Virus record (IMG/VR): IMGVR_UViG_2507262055_000001
Source of the DNA: a virus
Lineage: Duplodnaviria; Caudoviricetes
Length of the DNA: 64,000 nucleotides
Strand: one strand, 5' to 3'
Shown here: positions 27,048-36,800 of the stretch, piece by piece
Position numbering within the stretch: position 1 is the stretch's first letter
Layout of the letters: each line of letters opens with the position of its first letter
Notes under the pieces: generated by a model
What the model saw: the letters and a program-made list of their open reading frames with translations, nothing else
What the model was told of the DNA's origin: nothing
The model's database searches: none
Program-made: the position numbers and the translations under genes

Positions 27048-27590
27048 ATGATCGACCCGTCTGCGTTCATCCATGAGCGGGCGCTGGCCGATGCGAGCGT
27101 CAGCATCGGTGCGCGCAGTCGCGTCTGGCAGTTCGCGAGCGTCATTCGCGGGACCGTGCTGGGTGAGGACTGCACCGTGGCGTCCAGCGCCACGCTCGAC
27201 GGGCCGGTGTTCGGGGATCGCTGCATCATCTCGCAGGGTGTGGCGATGGGGCCGGGGTTTCTGATCGGCGACGATGTCTTCATCGGCCCGAACGTCACGG
27301 TCTGCAACGACCGCTGGCCACGGACCTACAAAACGGGCTTCGACCTCAAGAAGTTTCAGTCCGGCTTCGTCACGGTGCGGATCCACAATTGGGTGAGCAT
27401 CGGCGCCAATGCCGTCATCCTGCCGGGCGTCGTGCTCGGAAAGCGCGTGATGGTCGCTGCCGGCGCCGTAGTCGACCGCAATGTGCCGGCGGATTGTCTC
27501 TATACCCGCGGGGGCAAGATGCTGCCGCTGTCCGAGAAGCATGAGACCCGCTACGCGCGGGCGCGGATGCGCAAGGCACTCGAATGCTGA
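27048..27590 (+). CDS. Hexapeptide-repeat (left-handed beta-helix) acyltransferase, FdtC/WbpD-like sugar N-acetyltransferase
   Basis: IGARSRVWQF...IGDDVFIGPNVTVCNDRWPR...SIGANAVILPGVVLG..VMVAAGAVV. Confidence 0.85.
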   Translation: MIDPSAFIHERALADASVSIGARSRVWQFASVIRGTVLGEDCTVASSATLDGPVFGDRCIISQGVAMGPGFLIGDDVFIGPNVTVCNDRWPRTYKTGFDLKKFQSGFVTVRIHNWVSIGANAVILPGVVLGKRVMVAAGAVVDRNVPADCLYTRGGKMLPLSEKHETRYARARMRKALEC

Positions 27591-28198
27591 CGGTCGCAAC
27601 GTTGCTGTGGGATGCGAACGACGCCTCGCTGCCGTTCTCGCGATGCTACAACGAATCCTGGGTGCGCAAGCTCCACGACGGCTTCGACCGGAACCTGACG
27701 CAGCCGTTCCGCTTCGTGCTGTTTACCGATCGGGAACGGCCGCTTCCGGCTCATATCGAGCAGGTCCGGATGAAGTCGAAGATGCCGGATTATTCGTCCT
27801 GCATCGAGCCGTATCGTTTTGGGGTGCCGATGATCCTGGTCGGGCTCGACACGATCGTCACCGGTAGCATCGACCACCTGGCGGACTATTGCCTGAACGC
27901 AGACACCATCGCGCTGCCGCGGGATCCGTTCTTTCCGGAGCATGCATGCAACGGCGTCGCACTGATCCCGGAGGGTCAACAGCACGTCTGGCGCAACCAT
28001 CGCGGCGAAAACGACATGGATTGGATGCGGGCGCAGGATCACGTCTTCATCGACGACCTGTTTCCGGGGCAGGTCGTCAGCTTTAAGGGTCATGTCCGCG
28101 ATCACGGACTTGGGGATGCCCGCATCGTCTATTTCCACGGCAACGACAAGCCGCACCAGCTGCCCAACGTGCCGTGGATCCAGGAGCATTGGCGATGA
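27584..28198 (+). CDS. Glycosyltransferase-like protein (GT-A type, phage family)
   Basis: WVRKL..GFDRNLTQPFRFVLFTD; ILVGLDTIVTG (DxD position); FPGQVVSFK; ARIVYFHGNDKPH. Confidence 0.7.
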   Translation: MLTVATLLWDANDASLPFSRCYNESWVRKLHDGFDRNLTQPFRFVLFTDRERPLPAHIEQVRMKSKMPDYSSCIEPYRFGVPMILVGLDTIVTGSIDHLADYCLNADTIALPRDPFFPEHACNGVALIPEGQQHVWRNHRGENDMDWMRAQDHVFIDDLFPGQVVSFKGHVRDHGLGDARIVYFHGNDKPHQLPNVPWIQEHWR

Positions 28199-28512
28199 TC
28201 ACCTATATGCAGAATTCTCATCTGCGTGATCGCAGGGCGGTAGTCGAGATTAATCCGACTCTTATCGCCGAATGCGTTCCGGTCTTAGTCGATGCGGGCT
28301 TCAAGATCGTCGGCAGCGCGACGTCTCGCGGCCTGCCCATCGAAGTCGTTCGTCTCATCATTGAGGGCGACGCACTGCCGGCCGAGTGTGATGGCGCGCA
28401 TGGCTTGCTACTGGTTAGCCTGACCGTGCAGCAGGAGCAGTATGGCCGCCAGCGGATCACGCGCGTAAAGGATGTCGCCCTCGTCAGGGGCGCCGAGGCC
28501 GTCACCGCATGA
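28195..28512 (+). CDS. Hypothetical protein within the glycosylation cassette
   Basis: ATGA-coupled at both ends. Confidence 0.55.
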   Translation: MITYMQNSHLRDRRAVVEINPTLIAECVPVLVDAGFKIVGSATSRGLPIEVVRLIIEGDALPAECDGAHGLLLVSLTVQQEQYGRQRITRVKDVALVRGAEAVTA

Positions 28513-29165
28513 CCGTGGCTGCCTCACGCGAATTCGAATACTGGTCGCCCGAGCCCCTGTTCAAGGGCGAGACGATCTTCTGCCTGGCGTCGGGCCCGGG
28601 CCTGACCGCGGAGATATGCCAGCGGATCCGCGGGCGCCGGGCCATTGCCATCAATTCGAGCGCCGTGCTTGCGCCCTGGGCCAGCGTGCTGTTCTTCACC
28701 GATTCCGGCTGGTACGAGCCGCGGCGCGAGCTGGTGGCGAACTGGGCCGGCCTGGTGGTGTCGATGTCGCGGACTGCGAAGCGCGAGCTTCCCGACAAGG
28801 TCAAGCGGGTGCAGGGGGAGGGCGACCCCCAGGCGCTGCCGGGCTTCAGCCGCGGCCCTCACGTCATCCAGCAGGGCCGATCGAGCGGTCATACCGCGGT
28901 GAGCCTGGCGATCGCGCTGGGCGCTTCGCGAGTGGTGTTGCTCGGCTATGACATGCGCTTCGTCGGCGGCCGCGAGCACTGCCACGACGAGTACAAGGGG
29001 GCGGCTCGCGATGTCGAAATCTACAGCCGCGAGTTCGTACCGGGCTTTGCCGGCTGGGATGAGGCCGCGCGCGCAGTCGGCGTCGAGGTCGTCAACGCGA
29101 CCGAGGGCAGCGCGGTGAAGGAATTTCGGTTTGCCAAGCTCGAGGAGATCTTGAATGCCCCGTAG
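28509..29165 (+). CDS. Maf/DUF115/CstII-like glycosyltransferase-fold protein
   Basis: TIFCLASGPGL, AIAINSS, LFFTD, SSGHTAVSLAIALGASRVVLLGYDM. Confidence 0.65.
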   Translation: MTVAASREFEYWSPEPLFKGETIFCLASGPGLTAEICQRIRGRRAIAINSSAVLAPWASVLFFTDSGWYEPRRELVANWAGLVVSMSRTAKRELPDKVKRVQGEGDPQALPGFSRGPHVIQQGRSSGHTAVSLAIALGASRVVLLGYDMRFVGGREHCHDEYKGAARDVEIYSREFVPGFAGWDEAARAVGVEVVNATEGSAVKEFRFAKLEEILNAP

Positions 29166-29532
29166 TCTCGCTCTTCTCGCTTCCGCGGCTTGCATTGCGC
29201 TCCTGTCGACTGAAGCGTTCGCCGCCAAATGCTATGTGAGGGAATACGCGGCCGTCGGCGCCGTGACGCGCCAGGGCGGCGTCGCCTTGCAGGCTGCGGC
29301 CGAGCCGCCGATCGTCGATCAGGCCGCCGTCGACTTCACCAGCGGCCACGCGGAGTCGGCGGCCTTCAATTCCGAAACCCGCTACATCCGCGTGTGGTGC
29401 GATGCTCAGGCTTCGTACCAGACAGGGGCAGCTCCGGTCGCGACCAACGCGATGTCGCCCCTCACGGCGGCGTTTCCGGAGTATTTCGGCGTGACGCCGG
29501 GCCACAAGATCTCCGTCGTCGCCAATCCCTGA
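29155..29532 (+). CDS. Secreted small beta protein (Sec signal), virion-accessory type
   Basis: MPRSLALLASAACIALLSTEAFA|AK; two Cys in the mature part. Confidence 0.7.
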   Translation: MPRSLALLASAACIALLSTEAFAAKCYVREYAAVGAVTRQGGVALQAAAEPPIVDQAAVDFTSGHAESAAFNSETRYIRVWCDAQASYQTGAAPVATNAMSPLTAAFPEYFGVTPGHKISVVANP

Positions 29533-29541
29533 CGCCATCCG

Positions 29542-29790
29542 ATGAACTTGAAGCAATTACTCGCCGCCACGATCGGCGTCGCGCTGCTCCTGGGCGCGCT
29601 CAAGGCGCCCGAGGTCTATGCGTTCGGCATGGGCCGCGAAGGCGCGAGCTTTGGCAGGATGGGTGCGATCGTGAAGAAGCAGAGCGGCGGAGCTGGCGCG
29701 AACACCGGCAGCATCCTGCTGGTCGATGGATCGTCGTTCCTGCTGCAGGTCGACGGGACGAGCCGTGTCTGCCTAGCTGGAGGCTGCTGA
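29542..29790 (+). CDS. Secreted small protein (Sec signal) with LLVDG/LLQVDG motif
   Basis: MNLKQLLAATIGVALLLGALKAPEVYA|FG; C-terminal CLAGGC. Confidence 0.65.
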   Translation: MNLKQLLAATIGVALLLGALKAPEVYAFGMGREGASFGRMGAIVKKQSGGAGANTGSILLVDGSSFLLQVDGTSRVCLAGGC

Positions 29791-29793
29791 GCC

Positions 29794-31611
29794 ATGAGAT
29801 TATCCTGGAAATCGCTTGCGGTCGCAACCGCGCTGATCGGGCTGTCGCCAGCGGCTCATGCCGCGAATAGTGCCGTGCCGGCTATGACCGCCGCGACTTC
29901 CGTGGTCGGGACGGATCTGCTCTACTGCATCCAGTCGAGCGGCACCCTAGATCGAAAGTGCACGCCAGCCCAGATGGCCGCGTACATCTACGGCCTGACC
30001 AGCGGCGACGCGACGATCAACGGCACGGGCGCGGTGACGTTCGCCACGGTGAACGCCAACGTCGGTGCGTTCGGGTCTGCCACGCAATGCGTCGCTCACA
30101 CGGTGAACGCCAAGGGCCTGATCACGGCCACTTCGGCGGTGACCTGCACGCCTGCAATTGGCAGCCTGACCGGCACGGGTACTGGCGTTATCACTGCCCT
30201 GGGTGTCAACGTGGGCACCGCAGGCTCTGTCGTCGTCAACGGCGGCGCGCTCGGCACGCCGTCCTCCGGCACTGCCACGAACCTGACGGGCACCGCCGCT
30301 GGCCTCACGGCCGGCAACGTCACGACCAACGCAAACCTGACCGGCGCTGTGACATCGAGCGGCAACGCTACCTCGCTCGGATCGTTCACTAGCGCGCAAC
30401 TCCTTGCCGCCCTGACGACCAAAACCGGCAGTGGTAGCGCTGTGTTCGGTACCGCGCCGACGATTGACAGCCTGAACGCCACGACCGCCATGACGCTGGC
30501 ATGGATCACGGGCTCGACGCAGTGTTTGCAGGTCAACACGTCCGGCGTTGTGAGCGGCACCGGCTCGGGTTGCGGCGGCTCCGGCTCGACCGGCGCGAAC
30601 CCGACCGCTACCGCCGGCCCTACGGCCAACAACGGCGTCGCCACCACATTCATGCGGTCGGATGCTAGCCCTGCTGTGCAGCAGGGCAGCGCCTCGCAAA
30701 AGGGCATCGTTCAGGTTGACGGCACGACACTCCTGGCTTCGTCCGGCGTCATCAGCGCCGCGCCAACGACGGTCGCAACCAGCGTCCAGACTGGTGCGAA
30801 TTATCCGTTCTTGACGGGCGACCAAGCGAAGCTTGTCTACCTCAACAACGCCAGCAATCAGGTGCCGACAATTCCGCAGGCCGGCACCACTGGCTTTGCT
30901 GCAAGCTGGTTTGTTCAAGTCTGCAACATCGGCGCAGGCACTCAGACAATCACACCGACCATCTCAACCATAGGGGGCGCAGCCAGCTATCTGTTGCCGG
31001 CGGCATCCGCGGCTGATCCTGCTTGCGTCGCCGTCGTGTCTGATGGCAGCAACTACGTGATAGCTCCTGACTTCACAAAGGATGCCTCCAGGTTTTCTGC
31101 GGGTGTGTTGGCCGCCGCGCGAGGCGGTGCCGGTACTATTACTGGCGCTCTGAAGGCGAACGGTTCGGGCGTTGTCTCCCAGGCAGCCTGCGCCGATCTG
31201 TCGAATGCACAGACCGGCTGCTCCACTGCGACCGGCACGTCTGGCGGGACGCTGCCGCTGCTCAATGGCGCGAACACTTGGTCCGCTACGCAAACCTTCG
31301 GGCCGGTGGTCGGTACCGTCACTACGCAATCGGGCACCACCTACACCTTCGCATCGAGCGATTGCGGCACAACGGTTCGCTTCTCCAATGCAGGCGCAGT
31401 GACTGCGACGATTCCTCAAGGCTTGCCTGTGGGTTGCAACATCGCCGTCATGCAGGCCGCAGCCGGTCAGGTGTCTGTCAACGGCTCTGCGGTAACCCCT
31501 GCCACGTTGCAGAGCGCGCACAGCTACACCAAGACATTCGGGGCAGGCGCAATCATCGGCCTCTTCAATGACGCCACCAATCATGTGGTGTTGACGGGGG
31601 ATGGCGCATGA
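29794..31611 (+). CDS. Secreted Thr/Gly/Ala/Ser-rich fibre-like protein
   Basis: Signal MRLSWKSLAVATALIGLSPAAHA|AN; GTPSSGT repeat; two C-terminal Y.F...D.G/K-type beta modules; 12 Cys. Confidence 0.75.
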   Translation: MRLSWKSLAVATALIGLSPAAHAANSAVPAMTAATSVVGTDLLYCIQSSGTLDRKCTPAQMAAYIYGLTSGDATINGTGAVTFATVNANVGAFGSATQCVAHTVNAKGLITATSAVTCTPAIGSLTGTGTGVITALGVNVGTAGSVVVNGGALGTPSSGTATNLTGTAAGLTAGNVTTNANLTGAVTSSGNATSLGSFTSAQLLAALTTKTGSGSAVFGTAPTIDSLNATTAMTLAWITGSTQCLQVNTSGVVSGTGSGCGGSGSTGANPTATAGPTANNGVATTFMRSDASPAVQQGSASQKGIVQVDGTTLLASSGVISAAPTTVATSVQTGANYPFLTGDQAKLVYLNNASNQVPTIPQAGTTGFAASWFVQVCNIGAGTQTITPTISTIGGAASYLLPAASAADPACVAVVSDGSNYVIAPDFTKDASRFSAGVLAAARGGAGTITGALKANGSGVVSQAACADLSNAQTGCSTATGTSGGTLPLLNGANTWSATQTFGPVVGTVTTQSGTTYTFASSDCGTTVRFSNAGAVTATIPQGLPVGCNIAVMQAAAGQVSVNGSAVTPATLQSAHSYTKTFGAGAIIGLFNDATNHVVLTGDGA

Positions 31612-32501
31612 TCCGAGCAATTCTAGCGTGGCTCATGCTGTGTTCGGGGGCTGCCGCGCAAGTTGGGCAGATGCCGAACATTGCTCAGTTGCAGCCTGCA
31701 TCGGCCGCATATGCCGGGCCGGGCGATGTCGTCGCGAGCGCCTCCGGGTGGTGGGGCTTTCGAGCCTACAGCGCCGCCAAAAAGGGCACCAAGGCGATAA
31801 ACGTCTGCAACGTGAGTGACGTTGCTTGCGCCGACATGAACACGGACGCCATAACTGGCGCGCTCGTCATCACCCTTGTGGGCGGGTCAGATTGCAGTTC
31901 TGTCACGTGCACGATCAAGACCGTTTATGACCAGAGCGGCGGCACGAATTGCAGCGCTGCGGCTTGCGATCTGACCAATTCGACGATCGCCAATCGGCCC
32001 ACGCTGCAAACAAACTGCGCCAACGGTCAGCCTTGCGCTGTGTGCAATGGCGCGTCCTCGCAAAAGCTAGCGAACACATCGGCGCCGACGCTCGCGCAGC
32101 CTATCAGTGGTGCCTATGTTGGTGCTCGGACGGGCACGTTTACGACGGGAGGCGGCTTGCTCTCTTCCGCCTCGACAGGTTTAATCGCTGGCTTCGCGCC
32201 AAGCACAAATACATTCCGGATCTTCAACGGAACGTCTCTACCGGCGACGGCGTCAGACTCTACTGTCCATTCGTTTCAGACGGTTTCAAATAACACGTCG
32301 AGCGTCGTAGTTGTCGATGGATCGGCAACTAGCGGTACGTCCAGCACTGGCGGCATCGCTACAAATCTGGATATCTGCAATTCAAATGGAAGTTTTCTGA
32401 CCGGCCAATGGATGGAGGCCGGCTTCTGGACTGTTGCGTTCACCAGCACGCAATACGGAAACTTGCGGCTAAACCAGAAGGGATTTTGGAATACGCCATG
32501 A
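31608..32501 (+). CDS. Secreted ConA/LamG-like (arabinofuranosidase-B-like) beta-sandwich protein
   Basis: Signal MIRAILAWLMLCSGAAA|Q; GWWGFRAYS; TVYDQSG; 10 mature Cys. Confidence 0.6.
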   Translation: MIRAILAWLMLCSGAAAQVGQMPNIAQLQPASAAYAGPGDVVASASGWWGFRAYSAAKKGTKAINVCNVSDVACADMNTDAITGALVITLVGGSDCSSVTCTIKTVYDQSGGTNCSAAACDLTNSTIANRPTLQTNCANGQPCAVCNGASSQKLANTSAPTLAQPISGAYVGARTGTFTTGGGLLSSASTGLIAGFAPSTNTFRIFNGTSLPATASDSTVHSFQTVSNNTSSVVVVDGSATSGTSSTGGIATNLDICNSNGSFLTGQWMEAGFWTVAFTSTQYGNLRLNQKGFWNTP

Positions 32502-35500
32502 AGAAAGTAGTAGCTGTACTTTTTAGCGCTGTGCTTGTCGTGCTGCTGCTGTCGCCCGCGCTTGCGTTTATACGCGGCCAGCAGTCAGGGTTCAGCGGTG
32601 GCCGCACGCAGATTGGGCTCAATGGCATCGGCTTCACCGGCGAGGGGATGTACCTGAACATCCTTAAAATATCCGGCAATTGGAACTGGGCAGACAACGC
32701 GAGCGGTGGCCCCGGCCCCGACATGCTGGACTCGAACGGTTATCCGATTTTCAAATCGACGTACCTGGGGAATAGTTGCGGGTCTGGTGGCATCTGCCAC
32801 GGCGGCATCAAGACCGTCACGGAGGTGCCCCCGTGTGCGACGCGTTCATGCTCCTATGTGCCGATCTCTACAGGGACGTGCACCTGGTCGGTCTCAGGTT
32901 CCGGCAGCATGTCGGTGAGCGGTGTTAACACGGTTGGGGCGACCTTCACTGCAACACCAACATTCCTAAGCAATCTGAACGCGTCGCAGGTTACGTTCCA
33001 GATTACGGCGACCGACGCCACCACGCCATGCACGAGCCTGGCCGTCGTCCATGTCGATGACGTGGTAGGAGCCGATTTCACCAACTATACGACCAAGGCC
33101 GGCACTGCGGTCGGCAAGTTCGGCTCGAAATTTTTGTCGCGGTTAGTCCAGGCAAAATTTGCCGTGATCCGTTTCATGAACTCGCAGAACACAAATGCGT
33201 CGAACGTGACCAGATGGGAAGATCGGACCCCGCAGAACTACGTTTTTTACAACGCCTACACGTACAATGCCGCCTATTACACAGGGGCCTCGACCAACAG
33301 CGGCACTTTGGGGAACGACTTTGCGGTCTCGCTTGGAAGCGGAGGCCCGGTCGATAAGCAGCCCTTGCACGTTCTCATAGGGCCCGATGGCAAGGCGACT
33401 TCTACGGGATCGACGATCTCCGGCAGCGTTCTGACCGTGGCTGGCTACACTGGCGGGACGTATGCCGTAGGCCAGCGTCTATCAGGGACTGGCGTTGACG
33501 CAAATCTTTATATTGCTTCCCTCGGAACGGGCACCGGCCAAAATGGCACGTACAACCTCTCGCAATCCGCCAGCACGGTTGCCGTGGGGCAGAGCATCAC
33601 AGGTTGGTACGGAACGAGAGTGGTCGGAACGACGGCTGCAAGCTGCTCTTTGTCGTGGCCTGCACATGGCGTAAGCGTAAACGACCCGATAGGGTTTTAT
33701 TCCAGCGGCACCATTGCCGACAGCCTGCCCTTTTATTCCGGTGGCAATTATTACGTCGTGAGCGTGCCTGACGCTGACCACGTTACCGTATCGAACACGG
33801 TTGGAGGTACGTGTCTCCAGGCCGCTGTAACCAGACCTTCATCCACAATCGCGATCAGACAACCGACGCTGAGCCTCAACGGCTCGACCCCGATCACCAT
33901 TAAGAATATGTACAGCAATACGCTGACAGGGCCGAACGCAATCTCGGGCGCGAACACGGAAAATCCGGAGAGTGGTCGAATCGGAACCTTTGTCTACGAT
34001 GACGATCTGAAGTCTTATTTGATGTTCGGCGGGACACAGGGTGACGGGCTTTTCAACCAAGGCATCATCAACGGCATTCCGATCGAAGACTGTCTGCTGC
34101 TCGCCACATACGTGGGCGCTCATCCATGGTTTGTGCAGCCGTTTTTGACGTCGAACGCATCTGCGGGGGCGGCGTATCCGAACTGGATCAATGGCCTCGC
34201 TACGTACCTGAAGGCCAATATGCCGGCTTGGATGATTCCGCGCATCGAGCCCGTCGTTAATGAGGACTGGAACTCGCTTTTCTATGGCACCAGCTACTCC
34301 AACAACAAAGCCAGTGTCTACTGGGGAACGCCAACGTCTCCTAACCTGAACGATTACAATAACTATTATGGATACGCCGCGTCTTTGAGTGGGCAGGCAG
34401 TCAATGCTGTTTTCGGTGGCTCAGTGCCTAGGGACGGCAAGAGATACCAAGTCCCGATTGGCGTGCAGCAGACTAGCAGCCCGTCATCGAATGACGCGCG
34501 CCTTGCGTCTACCAAGTTTCTAAGCTCCGGCCCAACGCCGCCAGCAGGGTTTGTTCAAGAGGCCGCCTACAAGTGGGTTACGCATGAGGCCCCCGCGAAT
34601 TACTACGGTCTTAGCCTCGGTGCCGCTGCTCTTGTCCAGACGGCTTACCTATACAGCACGGGCGACGCCACCCAACTCACGTCCTATGTGGCCAGCACCG
34701 GGTTGAGCAACCCGCCTAACGGCGGATCGATCCCGGTCAAAGTTGCTTCTTTCCTTGACCATTATCAGTGGGGGCAGGGCACCGGAGCCTACACAGGCAA
34801 GCCATGGGCACTTGACGGAATCGCTATTCGACAGACCGCTTATGAAGGCGGCTGGTCTCCCCCTTATGTGCAAAACACCGTGCCTGGCACGCTGGATTTC
34901 ACAACCAGTTCGGCCAGCGTCAATTCATCCTCCCCGGTCACATCGGTCAGCAAAGCGGCAGCAGCCGTGCTCGCGATGCCGACGACAACGACTCCTTTCG
35001 GCACGGTCCCAAATACCGGCAACGGCGCCGTGGTGGGAATGCCCATCCGCATCGTCAATGCGGCCGGCGGCGACTTCACCAAGCTGAACAGTTCGCGCCA
35101 GACCGTCACATTCACAAACAGCTCGTGCGATATTTCGCTGACGGCGAACGGGTACGTTGCCAACGAGGCGGCTGTGTTCAACACCAGCGGTTCGCTGGGA
35201 GCGTCGCTGACTGCTGGAGCGGCCTATTTCATCGTTAACCCGACGACCAATGCTTTCCAAGTGTCGCTCACAAAGGGGGGCTCGTGCATCTCGATCAACA
35301 CAGCGGGAATATCTGGAAGCAATCAGGTGACGCCCGGCTGGTTTGTCAATGGCGTTGGCGGCGCGCTCGGTGCGAACAATATCAGCCTTGATGTCGATAC
35401 CAGCGCGTACACCGGGACTTACGCTGCCAGCAGCGCGTCGGCGGTCTACATCAACGATGGCAACAACAATTCGATGATAATGTTGGCGTCGCTGTCAGCC

Positions 35501-35695
35501 AGCAACGCCGGCTCATTCTTGGCGGGGAATGGCTCTGCATTCTACGATCAGCTTATTGCCAACGGATGCGAATTTCCGTCTCAGTTCGATATGGCGGGCA
35601 ACAACGCCACGTTACCGTGGTCCCCGCTTTATCCGAACGTCTACGTGACACCCGACCCGTCCTATTGGACTGCGATCTCAGCCTACAATCACTGA
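32498..35695 (+). CDS. Large secreted clan GH-A-like glycoside hydrolase with inserted phage beta-domains
   Basis: Signal MKKVVAVLFSAVLVVLLLSPALA|F; IRFMN..NTN.S..TRWEDR; GIPIE...L..VGAHPWF; VNEDWN; TAYEGG. Confidence 0.65.
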   Translation: MKKVVAVLFSAVLVVLLLSPALAFIRGQQSGFSGGRTQIGLNGIGFTGEGMYLNILKISGNWNWADNASGGPGPDMLDSNGYPIFKSTYLGNSCGSGGICHGGIKTVTEVPPCATRSCSYVPISTGTCTWSVSGSGSMSVSGVNTVGATFTATPTFLSNLNASQVTFQITATDATTPCTSLAVVHVDDVVGADFTNYTTKAGTAVGKFGSKFLSRLVQAKFAVIRFMNSQNTNASNVTRWEDRTPQNYVFYNAYTYNAAYYTGASTNSGTLGNDFAVSLGSGGPVDKQPLHVLIGPDGKATSTGSTISGSVLTVAGYTGGTYAVGQRLSGTGVDANLYIASLGTGTGQNGTYNLSQSASTVAVGQSITGWYGTRVVGTTAASCSLSWPAHGVSVNDPIGFYSSGTIADSLPFYSGGNYYVVSVPDADHVTVSNTVGGTCLQAAVTRPSSTIAIRQPTLSLNGSTPITIKNMYSNTLTGPNAISGANTENPESGRIGTFVYDDDLKSYLMFGGTQGDGLFNQGIINGIPIEDCLLLATYVGAHPWFVQPFLTSNASAGAAYPNWINGLATYLKANMPAWMIPRIEPVVNEDWNSLFYGTSYSNNKASVYWGTPTSPNLNDYNNYYGYAASLSGQAVNAVFGGSVPRDGKRYQVPIGVQQTSSPSSNDARLASTKFLSSGPTPPAGFVQEAAYKWVTHEAPANYYGLSLGAAALVQTAYLYSTGDATQLTSYVASTGLSNPPNGGSIPVKVASFLDHYQWGQGTGAYTGKPWALDGIAIRQTAYEGGWSPPYVQNTVPGTLDFTTSSASVNSSSPVTSVSKAAAAVLAMPTTTTPFGTVPNTGNGAVVGMPIRIVNAAGGDFTKLNSSRQTVTFTNSSCDISLTANGYVANEAAVFNTSGSLGASLTAGAAYFIVNPTTNAFQVSLTKGGSCISINTAGISGSNQVTPGWFVNGVGGALGANNISLDVDTSAYTGTYAASSASAVYINDGNNNSMIMLASLSASNAGSFLAGNGSAFYDQLIANGCEFPSQFDMAGNNATLPWSPLYPNVYVTPDPSYWTAISAYNH

Positions 35696-35710
35696 GTCCG
35701 GAGATAGTTC

Positions 35711-35932
35711 TCACCCAAAGGTTCGGGCGATGAACTTTGCGATCCTGACGGTCGGGCGGCTTTTCACGTCGATACGGTTTGCGAAGACACCAATCCCGAG
35801 CGGGATGTCGCCTTCAAGCTCAAACAAACCTTCTTTGGTAACGGAGAATTCGAGCTTCTTGCCGTCGACCTCGAAACTGTAGATCCCAGCACGTGTGAAA
35901 TAGCTGTCGCGTAGTCGCCATTGTGATTTCAT
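35711..35932 (-). CDS. Small hypothetical moron protein (73 aa)
   Basis: ATG at 35932 preceded by an AAGGGA RBS; avoids overlap with the upstream PEP-CTERM gene. Confidence 0.45.
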   Translation of the reverse strand: MKSQWRLRDSYFTRAGIYSFEVDGKKLEFSVTKEGLFELEGDIPLGIGVFANRIDVKSRPTVRIAKFIARTFG

Positions 35933-35946
35933 GCAACCCAATTCCC

Positions 35947-36660
35947 TTAAGAGAAGTTCTCCGCGCGCCTGTTCCTCGCGACTGAAATACCAATTGTCGA
36001 GAAGCCTAGGATCAGCATCACCCAAGTTGTCGGCTCAGGGACGCTTGTGATCGGCGCGGATAGTCCATCGACCACAATATCAACAGAGGAGATCGAAAGG
36101 GCGTAACCCACTGTCCCACCCCCTTCACCACGCGTGCCATACCAGTAGGTGAGCCCGCCTGATCCAACGAAGTCTTTGATGCTGACCGGTGTGAGGATAT
36201 CGCTCGGAAGCAAAGGGTTATCACCAGTTATCCAGAGATGAACGGCTTGGCCGTAAGCCCCTTCTAGGCTGTTGATGTACCCCAGAGCTGTGAAGATATG
36301 ACCATTGTTGATCGTCAAGGTGGCGTCGGACCAGAAAAATTCGTCGAACATGCCGGTGGCGAAGCCAGGTGCTCGTTCCGGCTGGGAGTTGCAGGAGCAA
36401 CCTGGATCGGTAGTATAGAACGCGGTGGGACTGACAATAGCTCTGGCATCATTGGTATCGAAGACGAAGCCAAAGACGCCCCGTCCTGAACCTAAAGCGC
36501 CTTCTCCAAATCCGCCGGGAGCCGTTTGGCCCGTCCTAGGGTCGTAGTTACCAGACCAAGAGGCAGCATAAGTGCCAGTGTAGTTCACTTGGATAATGGC
36601 CGCTTGGGCGCTGAAGTTGACGCTGACAAACGCGGCGACCAGCAATAAGAACTTGAGCAT
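35947..36660 (-). CDS. PEP-CTERM surface protein
   Basis: Signal peptide ...SAQA|; C-terminal VPEPTTWVMLILGF + TM + RNRR. Confidence 0.85.
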   Translation of the reverse strand: MLKFLLLVAAFVSVNFSAQAAIIQVNYTGTYAASWSGNYDPRTGQTAPGGFGEGALGSGRGVFGFVFDTNDARAIVSPTAFYTTDPGCSCNSQPERAPGFATGMFDEFFWSDATLTINNGHIFTALGYINSLEGAYGQAVHLWITGDNPLLPSDILTPVSIKDFVGSGGLTYWYGTRGEGGGTVGYALSISSVDIVVDGLSAPITSVPEPTTWVMLILGFSTIGISVARNRRAENFS

Positions 36661-36800
36661 ACTATGACACTCCTAAAGGGCAGGCATTCCACCGTTCGCG
36701 CGGGGATTGAGTCAATCGCGGAAGCCAAAAAAACTCTGTTTGACTTCCTTATGTTCGCTAGGCGTTCTCCGGCCCGCCTAGCCCAGAAAGAAAGTTATAG

